Source: Pristiophorus japonicus (Eukaryota). Taken from it: a DNA stretch of 64,000 bases. The notes beneath the pieces are model-generated. The model saw nothing but the letters and a program-made list of their open reading frames with translations. It ran no database searches and was not told the DNA's origin. How positions within the stretch are numbered: the stretch's first letter is position 1; each line of letters opens with the position of its first letter. The translations under genes were made by a program, and so were the position numbers. This document shows positions 9,743-23,216 of the stretch, one piece after another. The stretch is taken from positions 104,532,001 through 104,596,000 of the forward strand of contig NC_091984.1 in the NCBI RefSeq assembly GCF_044704955.1, in the 5' to 3' direction.

Positions 9743-10894
9743 GTACAGTCTTTCCTATCTGATCTGATGTGACAGTATTGAGAATTCAGAACCCTACATG
9801 TCGGCATCTGTGGAATTCAGAAAGGGTCTGTACCTGAAACGTTAACTTGTCTGTTCCCTCCACAGATGTTGACTGACCTGTTGTGATTCCAATGGTTTCT
9901 GTATTTGTTTCAACTAGTGGAGCTAGAATTGGTCTGTGTCCCTAACTTAAGAAAATGGGCCCATGAGTCTTGTTCCTGGTTGCTATCCAGTAACTGCTCC
10001 TGGAGAGCTTGGTTGTAATGTTCTCTCCCCCGCCCCCAACCCCAGTCCCAGTAAAGTAGCCTGATGACACCCAGTGTGTCACACACAAAAAATGGCCACT
10101 TGGGAAAGGCACTTTCCCCAGTGTGAAACTGCATCTTCAAAAGAGTTCAAATTGGTTGGGGCAAAGATGTAAGATGTTTCGTAGTTCACAGCACAATAGA
10201 ACTGCTTCATTACATATTGGCTGTGTCCAATGGTTATTGTGTTTGATAATTTAGTGACCTCTTTAAATAAGAGTTTGAAATCTTTCCCTTTCTCTTGTCC
10301 TTCCCATTTTCTGCTTTCATCAGACCAGGGACCTCCCACAGCTGAGAGGGCAGGCGAATGATCTGCCTCCAAGGCTCTGCCAATTGCTGTCGTACACCTG
10401 GCTGTTAGGACCTGCGTGCAAATGTCTAGGTGGCTGTTCTGCCTCCAATCTCGCTGCTTAGATGCAATATGCAGGCCAGGCACCTCCCTGCCATAGTACA
10501 GCTAAGATCAAGGGCCCAAGTGAAGTGAAGCAATCAGACCTACCTCTTGCTGCTCTATGGCACCATTCCAGTTTGGTTACCATCACTGACATGAATGAGA
10601 TGTAAGTTACATCATTGTTCTCTGACAAAATCATTACAGTTTGGGACCATATGATGTAGTGTTAGACACCGGTGTTTCACCTCTGGGACCAGAGCATAAA
10701 TCCAGCCAAGACTAATTTGATGAACGTCCCTTCTGTTTTCTGACTGTAAGAGCCCTGCATGAAAAAAAGCTTGGGCAGTCTCAATTCATTTGCTATTGGA
10801 CCATAACCCAGGTCGCTGATTGGAGCGTGTGCAGGTACAGCAGGAGCGGCGAGAGATTGTAGAGCAACCTGATCGGGGCCCAGGAGAGGCGAGG

Positions 10895-11212
10895 GCAATG
10901 GGGCAGCACAGGCCAGCCCACACTGTGATATGTGTGCACATTAGGTCCGTGCAGTAGAGCTGGTCTCTAGTCATCTTGGTTAATCCTTGCTACTGGACCA
11001 AGACCTAACTCTGCCATGCCCATGTGCTGGCTGGTGTACAATGGCCACCACACGTTTAAAAAAATCCACGCACAGGCATCTTCCACCCTTCAATATGTAG
11101 ATCGGGACTTAGAATATCAGGTCCCTCATTGAAACACCTGTGAACTTTTTGGTGTGGAAGCAAGTCATCCTCGATTCGAGGGACCGCCTAAGAAGAAGCA
11201 GCAGCAGCAGCA
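10895..11212 (+). mobile_element. Non-autonomous RTE derivative (5'UTR joined to 3' end)
   Basis: Shares the 5' leader (about 54460-54640) and the 3' tail (gtggaagcaagtc...gcct) with the RTE at 54400-57739. Confidence 0.75.
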
Positions 11213-11839
11213 ACTATTGGACAGGGGCCGACCACACAAAACTCTCCCCTAATTTGGTAATAATTAACTATTGCTTAGAGAGGCCAATGATGGCTGGTGT
11301 GGAGAATGGATAAGGCTTGCATGAAGCACATTGATGAGGCAGAGTAGAACGACTTTATTCTGCACCTAAATGACTTGTGCCTGACCCAAGAGCACTGAGT
11401 GTCCAAAACGGAAAGTGTTCCATTCCTCGCTACTAACAGCCACAGAACTAACTAAAGTAATATCCTTTTTTTTTAAGTCATTGTAATTGTTTTGTTTTCT
11501 TCAATCAGTTACTTGGGCTTTAATTACAATCTGCAACTAGGGATAAATAATTGACAGAACAGCTTTTTGGTGAATGTTGGTGCTCCTCAAGATGAACATC
11601 AGTTGAACTGGGGCCAAAGAATGGAACACTTATCCCTAACACTTTCCCCAAGTTCAATCATCAAGCTGGATCTAAGTAGAGCAAGATTAGTTTGTATCAA
11701 ACCTGCTCTGCAGCTAACCTGGGAGTGCTTGATGCAGGCAGTGAAGTCAAAGAGCAAAAGAGTGATGCCGCTGAAGGCATGGATATCTCTCACCTTAATT
11801 CACTCCAGCATTTTACAAAGGTGCCTTTAATCCTTGCAG

Positions 11840-11971
11840 ATTTCTGATGGTGTCAGAAAAGTTGGAAGAAATCCAGTCTTTTAGTGGTTTGACGTGCCTG
11901 GATCTGTCGAGCTGTAAACTGGGGGATGGACACGAGCTCCTACAGCACTTGACAGCTGAAGCCCTAGTGAG
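11840..11971 (+). CDS. LRRC42: LRRC42 coding exon 2
   Basis: FLMVSEKLEEIQSFSGLTCLDLSSCKLGDGHELLQHLTAEALV; 132 nt, AG/GT. Confidence 0.95.
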
Positions 11972-12519
11972 GTACAGTATGTGTTAGTGTTTCTGTTCTA
12001 TCCACCATGAGAAACGTTCAGCAATTCCATTTAAAATAAATCCTTCATGGCACTGTGCCACACCCTGAGCAGATTCAACACTTCAGCAACATACTTGACT
12101 GGTACTAGAGTCCTTAAATGACTTGATGGCTTAAGATCAGCCTCCAGGGCAAAAGCATGGCTCGATACCCATTGAATCAATGCATGCACTAGCTGAGTAA
12201 ATGTGTTGCTGGACATAATTGGAGTACAAATGAGGGTCTGTAACTTACCAGTGCTGTTAATGATTTATCTTAATAGAAATTAAACAACTGAAGTATGAAA
12301 GGATGAAACTTCTTGCACTGAAACTGACGTATATTTCATGCCAGTATCAGATTCTTGTGATGCGTTTTGTGCTATATTAAACATTTAACAAAGCAGTTTT
12401 ACGTCATAGTTTTTTAAAATATATCTAAAATCTGCGGTGATATGTAACCCTACTGGGTTCAGCCTGTAATATCCTTACCCAACAACACTGTCTAAAACTA
12501 TATAGCAACAAGTATTAAA

Positions 12520-12690
12520 TACAAACAGAAAATGTTGGAAATACTCAGCAGAGAGAGAAACAGAGTTAACATTTCGGGTTAATGACCTGAAACAACACTC
12601 CCTCTCCACAGGCCTGACTTGCTGAGTATTTCCAGCATTCTCATTTTTTTTCCAGATTTCCAGCATCTACAGTATTTTGATTTTGTATTA
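12520..12690. repeat. Palindromic repeat, probably derived from a Penelope-like element terminal repeat
   Basis: Inverted arms aatgttggaaatactcagca / tgctgagtatttccagcatt; related degenerate copy at about 9795-9910. Confidence 0.5.
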
Positions 12691-13859
12691 GCAAAAAATA
12701 TTTACTCTTCATATTTAAATTAAATCCTGATTGACCTGCCTAACGCTGTTACACTTCCGCAGCATCCTCTCTAGCGAGATATCCAAACTGGGTCATTTCG
12801 GGCCCACTCGAATCCTTTTAATCCAGCCTATAAAGCCCAGGCAACGCAGTTCCATTTGTGCTTGTGTTTCTCACTTGCGGGGAGTGATACAAAGTTCAAG
12901 GATATACTAGTATGGTACTCACCAACTCTTTAAAATGTTGTGACACAACCAAGCTCTCCTCCCCCAGTTTAATGGTCCATCTTCATCAAATCATATTTTT
13001 AATGTCCTTCCTCTCTAAACTCTAAGGACTAGAATTTCCCCTGGGATTGTCCTGTTACTGCCTGTTTTTGCCAAAAAGGCAATTTGTCGCCCATTTTACT
13101 CCCAATTATCGCCGGCAGTAATTTCGGCCTACGATTGCTGCTGTTGCTGCACGTTTCCCACCCAAAAATGGAACAAAATTCCCCTGCAGTGCTAATTTCC
13201 ATAAAAATGTCCTTTTTACCGCTCGTTATCGTTCAGGATCGGAACCGCCCATTTTTTATGTACTTGCCTTACTTGGGCCCAGCGTTATGCCTCCATTTTG
13301 TTTTTTTTCCTCTGTGTGGAAACGACTGCATTTTTAGTTTATCTTTCACTCCCAATGTATATTGAACGAGGACAAGAAGAAACAGGAGCATTTGATCAGA
13401 AACAAACGATAATAAGTCGGCCCAGCAATCTCGAGGCCTCATAGAAAATATTGAAACTGAGGTTTAAATTTCTGGCTTCTTCAAATTGTTTCATGTCTTT
13501 TATTTTATTTTGCCATGCTTTCAAATAAATATTATTACTCTGAAATCTTACAGAAACCCTCCCTTGCTTTTGCAGGGTTCCCAACTGTTGCCATTCACTC
13601 ACAATTCAGAGACCACTAGTGTTTCGTTCAGTAACATTCTATTGCTTCAAAATATTTCCCCTGAATTTGCAGGGGTTCAGCTGATTATTTTTATTCTATT
13701 GCAAAATCTGCCCCTAATAAAGATGAGTTACTACCATGCACGCCCCCCCCCCCCACACTTTTCTGTTCTGAAAATGTTCAATCTTGCTGGAGTCTGACCC
13801 AGCGGGTACAGTGAATCACCTTACTGCCTCAGCCAAGAAGACATTCTCATGTGTAAGCC

Positions 13860-16070
13860 TAGATAGATTGCAAAGTGTTGCAGTACAGCGGGACCTGGGG
13901 ATACTTGTACATGAAACACAAAAGGTTAGTATGCAGGTATAGCAAGTAATCAGGAAGGCCAGTGGAATTTTGGACTTTATTGCAAAGGTGATGGAGTATA
14001 AAAGCAGGGATATCTTGCTACAGTTGTACAGGGTATTGCTGAGGCCACACCTGGAATACTGCATGCAGCTTTGGTTTCCATATTTACGAAAGGATATACT
14101 TGCTTTGGAGGCAGTTCAGAGAAGGCACTAGGTTGATTCCAGAGGTGAGGGCGTTGACATATGAGGAAAGGTTGAGTAGGTTGGGCCTCTACTCATTGGA
14201 ATTCAGAAGAATGAGAGGTGATCTTATCGAAATGTATAAGATTATGAGGGGGCTTGACAAGGTGGATGTAGAGAGGATGTTTCCACTGATAGCAACTGAT
14301 CTAGAGTCGATAGTCTTCCCTATGGACTGGAGGGTAGCTAATGTAACACCACTGTTTAAAAAAGGAGGGAGAGAGAAAACGGGTAATTATAGACCGGTTA
14401 GCCTGACATCAGTAGTGGGAAAAATGTTGGAATCAATTATTAAAGATGAAATAGCAGTGCATTTGGAAAGCAGTGACAGGATCGGTCCAAGTCAGCATGG
14501 ATTTATGAAGGGGAAATCATGCTTGACAAATCTTCTGGAATTTTTTGAGGATGTAACTAGTAGAGTGGACAAGGGAGAACCAGTGGATGTGGTGTATTTG
14601 GACTTTCAAAAGGTTTTTGACACGGTCCCACATAAGAGATTAGTGTGCAAAATTAAAGCACATGGTATTGGGGGTAATGTGGATAGAGAACTAGTTGGCA
14701 GACAGGAAGCAGAGAGTTGAGATAAACGGGTCCTTTTCAGAATGGCAGGCAGTGACTAGTGGAGTGCCGCAGGACTCAGGGCTGGGACCCCAGCTCTTTA
14801 CAATATACATTAACGATTTAGATGAAGGAATTGAGTGTAATATCTCCAAGTTTGCAGATGACACTAAACTGGCTAGTGGTGAGAGCTGTGAGGAGGACGT
14901 TAAAAGGCTGTAGGGTGACTTGGACAGGTTAGGTGATTGGGCAAATGCATGGCAGATGCAGTATAATGTGGATAAATGTGAGGTTATTCACTTTGGGGGC
15001 AAAAACACGAAGGCAGAATATTATCTGAATGGCAGCAGATTAGGAAAGGGGGAGGTGCAACGTGACCTGGGTGTCATAGTTCATCAGTCATTGAAAGTTG
15101 GCATACAGGTACAGCAGGCGGTGAAGAAGGCAAATGGTACGTTGGCTTCATAGCTAGGGGATTTGACTAGAGGAGCAGGGAGGTCTTACTGAGGTTGTAC
15201 AGGGCCTTGGTGAGGCCTCACCTGGAATATTGTGTTCAGTTTTGGTCTCCTAATCTGAGGAAGGACGTTCTTGCTATTGAGGGAGTGTAGCGAAGGTTCA
15301 TCAGACTGATTCCCGGGATGGCGGGACTGACATATGAGGAGAGACTGGATCAACTGGGCCTTTATACACTGGAGTTTAGAAAGATGAGAGGGGATCTCAT
15401 AGAAACATATAAGATTCTGACGGGACTGGACAGGTTAGATGTGGGAAGAATGTTCCTGATGATGGGGAAGTCCAGAACCAGGGGTCACAGCCTAAGGATA
15501 AGTGGTAAGCCATTTAGGATCGAGATGAGGAGAAACTTCTTCACTGAGTTGTTAACTTGTGGAATTCTCTACCGCAGAGAGTTGTTGATGCCAGTTCATT
15601 GGATATATTCAAGGGGGAGTTAGATATGGCCCTTACGGCTAAAGGTATATGGAGAGAAAGCAGGAAAGGGGTACTGAGGGAATGATCAGCCATGATCTTA
15701 TTGAATGGTGGTGCAGGCTCGAGGGGCCGAATGGCCTATTCCTGCACCTATTTTCTATGTTTCTAGAACTAGAGGGCATAATCTTAGAATGAGGGGCCGC
15801 CCATTTAAAACTGAGACGAGGAGAAATTTCTTCTCTGAGGGTTATGGATCTGTGGCATTCGCTGCCTCAGAGAGCTGTGGAAGCTGGGACATTGAATAAA
15901 TTTAAGTCAGAAATAGACAGTTTTTTGAACAATAGGGGAATAAGGGGTTATGGAGAGCGGGCAGGGAAGTGGACCTGAGTCCAAGATCGGATCAGCCATG
16001 ATTGTATTAAATGGCAGAGCAGGTTCGAGGGGCCGTATGGCCGTCTCCTGCTCCTATTTCTTATGTTCTT
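13860..16070 (+). mobile_element. CR1 3' fragment (family B) interrupted by a younger CR1 (family A, about 14293-15764)
   Basis: The host reading RMFPLI..RTRGH is split. The insert carries RT motifs (YLDFQK, KFADD) and a ttctatgt tail. Confidence 0.88.
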
Positions 16071-16799
16071 GTAGTCAGTGTTGACGGGCAATTTGAGCAT
16101 TGGTCGATGGGTGGGGGGGGAGTTACTGGACATGAGTTGAAGCCTTGACAAATTGTTAAATTACTGCTGTTTTAACACATGACAATCTTCAGATGATTAC
16201 CAGAAAATACTACACAATGAAAGAAAGAAAACATTTTTAACTTATTTTTCAGCTCCAGTGAAGGGGTCACATTCAAAGCATAATAAATGATCTTTTCTCG
16301 TTACAAATTTTCACTGACTATTGCGCTTTTTCCACATTTTCTGTTGTATTTTGGATTTTTTTCCCCCACTGGTGGGTTGGTTTCTAATAGATATATTAAA
16401 AACTTAAGATGTGGCAAACAGTCAAACAGGACAGTTACCAGGGACACGTTCCTAAAAGTTGTCATATGAGAGATATTTTTCCCTAGGAAATGCCTATGTT
16501 TAGATTATATCTATACATCAGGAACATTTCAATTATAAGACAACTATGGGTCACTACAATTAGTTTGCAGGCAATGTATTTTTTAGTGATTTTCATTGAT
16601 TTTGAGTGAATTCTGGAGTAGTTATGAAGGGATTTTGAATATATTGTGGATAATTGCTTTAAAACAGATGGGGCCTGTAGTTTCACTGCCAATATTGCTG
16701 ACCCTTAAAATGATTGTTACTCATAATTTCCCAGAAGTGAGTGAGACACAGTACAAGAATGGTTCAGTTGAATAATTTTTTTTAATTTGTAATTTCTAT

Positions 16800-19278
16800 T
16801 AAACTTTAACACTGTAATAAAATAACATAATTCTTCTGAGTGACAATTTTACAAAACAAAACATTATCAACAACAACAGTAAAAACAACACTCATACCAT
16901 CCATGCACCCTCCCACGATTCTACCTGCGGCCACCTTTCCAACACCTTTCCTCCCGAATCCCCCCAACCCTTGGCCCTGACCCCCCTCCCCCCATCTCCC
17001 GTTATCAATGCCCCTGGCCCTGCCCATGTCACGACCAGTACGGCATGCAGCAGAGCACCTCGAGCGTGACTGTTGGGGGTGGGGGGGGGGGGGAGGCGTG
17101 ACAATGGCAGCACTATGTCTGGGGGCTCTGGAGAAGATGGGGGTGCTGAGAACCCATCTTCCAAGTCAGAGGAAACTAGTTCCTCCCGACGATCAGGTGC
17201 TGTCATCATTGGTGGCATGGCACCTTGGGGTGCAGTGCCATATCCCACAACCGTCAATTGCCGCATAGCATTGGCATTGACGGTCTAGGTAGTCACCCTC
17301 ACCGCGGCAATCTGCTCCGCCATGTCCTCCGATTGATGGGCTGCTAAAGCCGCGATGTTTGTGGACAACCCAGCAATGGCCTGGAGGAACTTTCGACTCA
17401 AATTGATGCTCATCCTGGACAATCCCACCGTGTTCAGGCCCGTCTCTCAGCGTTCCCACCTTGCCGGACCAGCCGCTGTGGATTAAGCATGGAGGTCAGT
17501 GTGTGCCGCTGCATTCCGCTTGGTCCTGCTTCCTCGGACCGGAATCCAGGAAAGTTGGATTCCGACGAGGAACCGGTGGCCACAGGTAGAAAGGACCTTT
17601 TGAAGTCCGGCCACCTCTCCCTCCTCGTGCACCACCACTGTGACAAAGTTTTGAGGAGTGTTCTCCTCCTGCTCCTGCAGTACCGTCTCTTCCACCACCA
17701 TCTGTACATTCCTTATTCCCTCCAAAGACTCCTCTCTAGGAGGGGCAGGTGGCTCCACCTGTGCAACTGCAAAAACATAACATTAATGGTTGGCGACAGA
17801 GATGGGGAGGGGTCAGAGATAACATGAGAGCAATTCACGTTGCGCAGGCTTATGTGGAGAACAAACGTACATTACCGAGAATCATTACATGAAACTATCA
17901 TAAGCAAAGTAGACAGAAACTACGTGACATAACAAAACTTGAGTCTGAAACAATTTGCTTTCCAAGTGGTAGTATGATCAACCAAAAAGTCATGTCAGAA
18001 CTAACAACATTTCGTGCACCCAGCATTACATTACATTCTACATTATATTGGCATAACATTGAATTACATGACCGCAGTACAGCCCAGTGATTATGCAGAC
18101 TTGCCCTCCGGGAGAACTGGTTCGGCACCAACACACATGGCGGTGCGATCATATGCTCCTGTCAGGGCTGCAGCGCGTTCCTCTAGGTCTGTTAATGGAA
18201 GAGTCTTCGGCGAACCTCCGCCTGTTTTGCGGATCTCCACCCTGTTGCCGGCTCATTTTTTCTGCAAAGGTGACACAAAAATGTGTAAACTAATTTCACA
18301 GCTACTAATATGGAATACATACATACACATGTAATATATATAGGTAGACATCACCAGTTAATCGTCCCCAGTCCTTTTGTCAACGAGTGTACCATTTAAG
18401 TTCTGTTAGCACTCGAGTGTTGCATGATGAACAGAGGACTAACACAATGAGATCGATGATGGGAAATAAAAAATGTTACCAAGCTTTACAACATAATAAA
18501 ATGTGGCACTAAAGAGTAATTAGTCAGTGCATGATAAAAGTTATTACTTACTCTCGCAGATCCCAACGATGTCATTCCACCGTTTGCGGCACTGATTCAG
18601 CCCCCGCATCACGGGCGCGATGAACGACACCGCCTCAGCGATCTCTCACCATAACCGTTGATACACATTTGGTGCAGGTTTTCCTCGCCCACCCCTGCGT
18701 TAATTGATCACAGTGGGCCTCCACTTCGTGGACCAATGATTCCTGGGCTTCTTCGGAGAAACAAACGGCCCTCCTCCTCTCTCCTACCTCCCTTTCCACT
18801 TCCATAGCTTGATTTTCCATCTTCTTCATACTGATATTTTTATATTTAAATTTAAATAATTATTTTATTTTTTTATGATGTACTTTCATTGTTAAAAGTT
18901 ATATTATCAATTAATACTGAATATTATCCCTCAAAATCCTTTTATAATCAGATCTTATTAAACAGCTCTTCTCCCTCAAATTGACCCACCTCTGCACTCT
19001 CAAAATGTCCAGTACACTGTGTTCTCTGCGCATGCACAGGATCACCTTTGACCCTGAAATTGCAGGAGAATGCCCATGCATGTGCAGAGAACAAAAAAAG
19101 TGCATTTTCTAGGGGGGCTGCTTGCCTTTAGTAAGCAGCTCATCGACTTTTAGGCTCTTTGCCACCACCACCGAAAATTGCGGGTGCACGCAGCAGCGGT
19201 ATTCCGGCAGTTCAAAAGACTCAACCCCCGGAATACTGCTAAGAATCCGGCGGCAGTGATGTCGGGAAATTCTAGCCC
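16800..19278 (-). mobile_element. PIF/Harbinger transposon remnant with a spliced Myb/SANT-like DNA-binding gene (pseudogenised)
   Basis: Exon about 18552-18829 reads RRRAVCFSEEAQESLVHEVE...EIAEAVS..QCRKRWND. The exon starting at 18261 reads RVEIRKTGGGSPKTLPLTDLEERAAAL. An acidic exon lies at about 17000-17760. TIR gggaaattctagccc ends at 19278. Confidence 0.75.
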
Positions 19279-19401
19279 TATTTGTCTTAATTCTGGTTTG
19301 TGATGGGTCACTTGCACGTTGGATGATGATAAAATGGTTGTGACGTTTCTTTTTCTCGCTCTTTCTCCCCCACACGCCTTCACTGTCCCCGTTTCTTCCA
19401 G

Positions 19402-19520
19402 TCTCATCTGCTTATACCTTGGGGATAATGGCCTGTCCGACTATGGTCTGCGGAAAATGACTGCGCCCGTCCGAGTGGTAAAGAAGGGTTTAGATGATTT
19501 GGAAGTGCTGGATCTGTCTG
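19402..19520 (+). CDS. LRRC42: LRRC42 coding exon 3
   Basis: LICLYLGDNGLSDYGLRKMTAPVRVVKKGLDDLEVLDLS; AG/GTAAG. Confidence 0.95.
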
Positions 19521-20147
19521 GTAAGTTTATGGGAGTTCCAGATAACTCCGGTTGACTTTTTGCAATTACAAAAGGCTTTCAGTGCAAAATAAAGACAGAA
19601 AATGTTGAATATATATACAGCACACAATGGGTTAATGTGTTGAGTGGGACTCTCTGGCGACGATAGCCTGTCTTTAAGATGCTGGCTGGCCCGTTGTGCA
19701 TTTCCAACATTCATATTTTTTCTATCTTGAAATTTTGTGTGGGTCTGTAGAAAAGGTTTAACTGCAGTATGTTTGGTATTTGTGCTGGCAAAATGTTCCT
19801 TGCTTTGATTCTCATTGTACTTTATTATAGAACAAACTGTGCACACCTTTTTGTAATGACTGCACTTGCATCTTGACATTCCCTTATTTTGTGGATTAGA
19901 GTCAGTCCCTGTCAGTTTCTTAAAATGCAAATGGTTTTTTAAGTATATCTGCTACAGATGGTGTGCAAATTCTACTGGAATTAAAATAACTTGTGATGCC
20001 AATTTTTGAAATGTTGTTACAGCATCATTGAAATGTTGTTACCCCTTCATTTTGGAAGAAATAAATGAGTTTAATTCTGACTTCACCTGATCACCATTCA
20101 ATCAAGTACTGAACTACATAAAGCAGCATGCAAGTGTAAGAAAGATA

Positions 20148-21440
20148 GGGCCGGATTTTTGAGAAGTTTGCAACCAGCTTTTCACCGTGATTTGAACCTC
20201 CGCGGCGAAAACCCGGTCGCAAAGCCCATGCGGGATCCTCGGGTACCTATTTGCGGCGGCGATGGGACGTACTGCCGGGGAGAGGAGCGCCGATGTGCAA
20301 CGACGCCGTTTGCGTCCAACTTTCGGCTCTCCCGACCTGTACGCCATGCCCAGAATACCGACAGGACAGCCCTGCCAGCAGCGGTACGTATGAAAACCTG
20401 CAAAAAAGGTAAATTAAAGGGCTCAGTTTTCCCCGAGCCCATTTTCTGGCGTATTGCCTGAGTTGCGCCGCTTAATTAGATAAATAGATGCTCCAGAAAA
20501 AAATCTCCGAAGTTTCCCCGATGTTTGGCCTCTAATCTGCAGCCGCGCAGCATGGAGACTTGCCTCGGGGTGGTGGAGCCTGCGTCTGTGCTGGAAAAAG
20601 GAGCCGGGCCTTCTGCGCATGCGCAGGGGGAAAAACTGCAGTTCTTGATGTCGCTGAAATGGCTGTGCATGCGCAATAGAGCTCCGAATGAGATGCCTTC
20701 CTGGTCAGCTGCGGTGAGTACCCTCCCCAGCTGAGCCTCTCTGGTGCCTTCCTGCCACTCTGTGGCCCCCGATTTCATGCCGGTCCAGGTCTGCTCCGCT
20801 TCCCGCCCCAGCCCAGGCCAAATGGCCTCCGATTTACTTACCTGTGCTGATTTCTTTAACTCTCCGCAAGGGATTTCTCAAGAGGCCACATACGCTGGCC
20901 TAAGTAGAAATGGAGTAACTATTAGCTGGCCAAAGTTGCCTAAATGGCCAGAATTGGCGTAGGTGGTTGGTAACGCCCGCTTTCGAGGGGAAAAAAAACA
21001 TATCTTAAAAAAAAAATGTGACTAACTGAGTTATGCTGGTGCAAATTGATTGGGGATACTGGGGAATTTTAAGTTAGGCCAGAAAAAGCAGCCTACTCCA
21101 AAAGAAAACGGCGCAAATACTGGGGAAAATTGAGCCCAAAGTTTTTATTCATTCTTTTTCAGCGATTTGCTAGCTTAAGGGTTTTGTGAATGTTTTTTTC
21201 AAAAAATTTTTTCCCCCCTCCCAAGGCCTTTCTGCAGTGCTCCCGGCCCCGGACTAAATTTGTTGAAACTTGCGTTTTTACGGCGCGAATCCTCGTGCAA
21301 TGCTCCCTTACCGATGCACAGATGTAAAACACGAAAGTCCAGCCTAAAAACGGCAGTGCAGTGAAAACAATAAGTTTCACGTATTGCTATCGTTTTCGCC
21401 AAAAGAAACTCGAAAGCTGAAGCGCAATTTCTCCCAAATG
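20148..21440. mobile_element. Harbinger-like non-autonomous element with a nested MITE (20419-21137)
   Basis: Inner element has TIRs gggctcagttttcccc / ggggaaaattgagccc and TSD AAA. Outer element starts gggccggattttt; its right end is uncertain. Confidence 0.65.
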
Positions 21441-21539
21441 AAGCCGGATTTTCAGCTTTCGAGTTTTTTTTGGCGAAAACGATAGCGATAGGTGAAAATT
21501 TGAATGGGCAGCACAGCCAGTTATAAGGCCCACGCACCA

Positions 21540-22330
21540 AAAAAAATAAGAGAACATTGCCCTGCAACTCTTCAAGTATTGCCATGAGGTCCTTTACGCC
21601 CACCTACAGGGCAGACTTTATAGGGTATTGGTGAGGCCTCACTTGGAGTACTGCGTGCAGTTTTGGTCACCTTACTTAAGGAAAGATATACTAGCTTTGG
21701 AGGGGGTACAGAGACGATTCACTAGGCTGATTCCGGAGATGAGGGGGTTACCTTATGATGATAGATTGAGTAGACTGGGTCTTTACTCGTTGGAGTTCAG
21801 AAGGATGAGGGGTGATCTTATAGAAACATTTAAAATAATGAAAGGGATAGACAAGATAGAGGCAGAGAGGTTGTTTCCACTGGTCGGGGAGACTAGAACT
21901 AGGGGGCACAGCCTCAAAATACAGGGAGCCAATTTAAAACGAGTTGAGAAGGAATTTCTTCTCCCAGAGGCTTGTGAATCTGTGGAATTCTCTGCCCAAG
22001 GAAGCAGTTGAGGTTAGCTCATTGAATGTATTCAAATCACAGATAGATAGATTTTTAACCAATAAGGGAATTAAGGGTTATGGGGAGCGGGCGGGTAAGT
22101 GGAGCTGAGTCCACGGCCAGATCAACCATGATCTTGTTGAATGGCGGAGCAGACTCGAGGGGCTAGATGGCCTACTCCTGTTCCTAATTCTTATGTTCTT
22201 ATTATGTAATCAATTGGTTTAATGTCTCATCTGAAAGATAGCACTTCAGTTCTACACCGAAGTGTCAGCCTAAACTCTGTGCCCAAGTCTCGAGTGGGGC
22301 TTCAACCCACAGTCTTCTGACTCTTTAGTG
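21540..22330 (-). mobile_element. Deu-domain SINE split by a CR1 3' fragment (+, about 21620-22200)
   Basis: The SINE halves flank the CR1 ([15 protein letters not shown]...) and join into the same sequence as 39772-40224. Confidence 0.7.
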
Positions 22331-22599
22331 CAGGTTGAAATGGTTATTTCTAGTTACATGTGTCACAAAAAAGGGAATTAATATTGTTTGAATTAACCAT
22401 TAAATTATAGTTATGAGACTTTGCAGATGATTTAGTGGGTAAGTGCACTATCCACAGTGGCAATGAATAATATAAACCAGAAGTTCTCACGTTTGATCCC
22501 TGGCCTGTGCTGAAATTATTGTAATGTTGGGGATTGCTTGTAGTTTGCAATAATTCAGCAAATATGATGGCTTGAGTCACTGAAACTTCAACATACATA

Positions 22600-23216
22600 G
22601 AAATAAGAGTTTATTTCTAGAGGGATAGAATTGAAAAGTAGAGAAGTTGAGCTCAACCTGTATCAAACCTTGGTTAGACAACACGGAGTACAGTCTACAG
22701 TTCTGGTCACATATTATAAAAAGGATATAGAGGCACAGGAGAGGGTGCAAAAAAGATTTACAAGGATGATACCAGAACTGCAAGGTTATACCTATCAGGA
22801 AAAGATGAACAGGGTCTCTTTTCTCTTGAAAAGAGAAAGCTGAGAGGTGACCTAATAGAGGTCTTTATAATTATGATAGGTTTTGATAGACACAGAGTGT
22901 TTCCACTTGTGGGGAAGAGCATAACAAGAGGCCATCAACATAAAATAGTCACCAAGAAATCAAATGGGGAATTCAGAACAGACTTCTTTATCCAGAGAGT
23001 GGTGAGAATGTGGAAGTAACTATTATAAGGATTAGTTGAGGCGAATAGTATAGATGCATTTAAGGGGAAACTAGACAAGCATATGAGGGAGAAGGGAATA
23101 GAGGTTTATGCTGATAGAATTAGATGAGGAAAGCTGGGAAGATGCTTGAGTGGAGCATAAACACCGGCATGGACTGAGCCGAATGGCTCGTTTCTGTGCT
23201 GCGTATCCTATGTAAT
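22600..23216 (+). mobile_element. CR1 3' fragment
   Basis: KSREVELNLYQTLVR...QERVQKRFTRMIP plus 3'UTR. Confidence 0.8.

Noticed and set aside
9795-9910. Hammerhead ribozyme in Penelope-like repeats (also 12520-12690)
   Set aside because: GAAAC remains but the CUGANGA core is lost.
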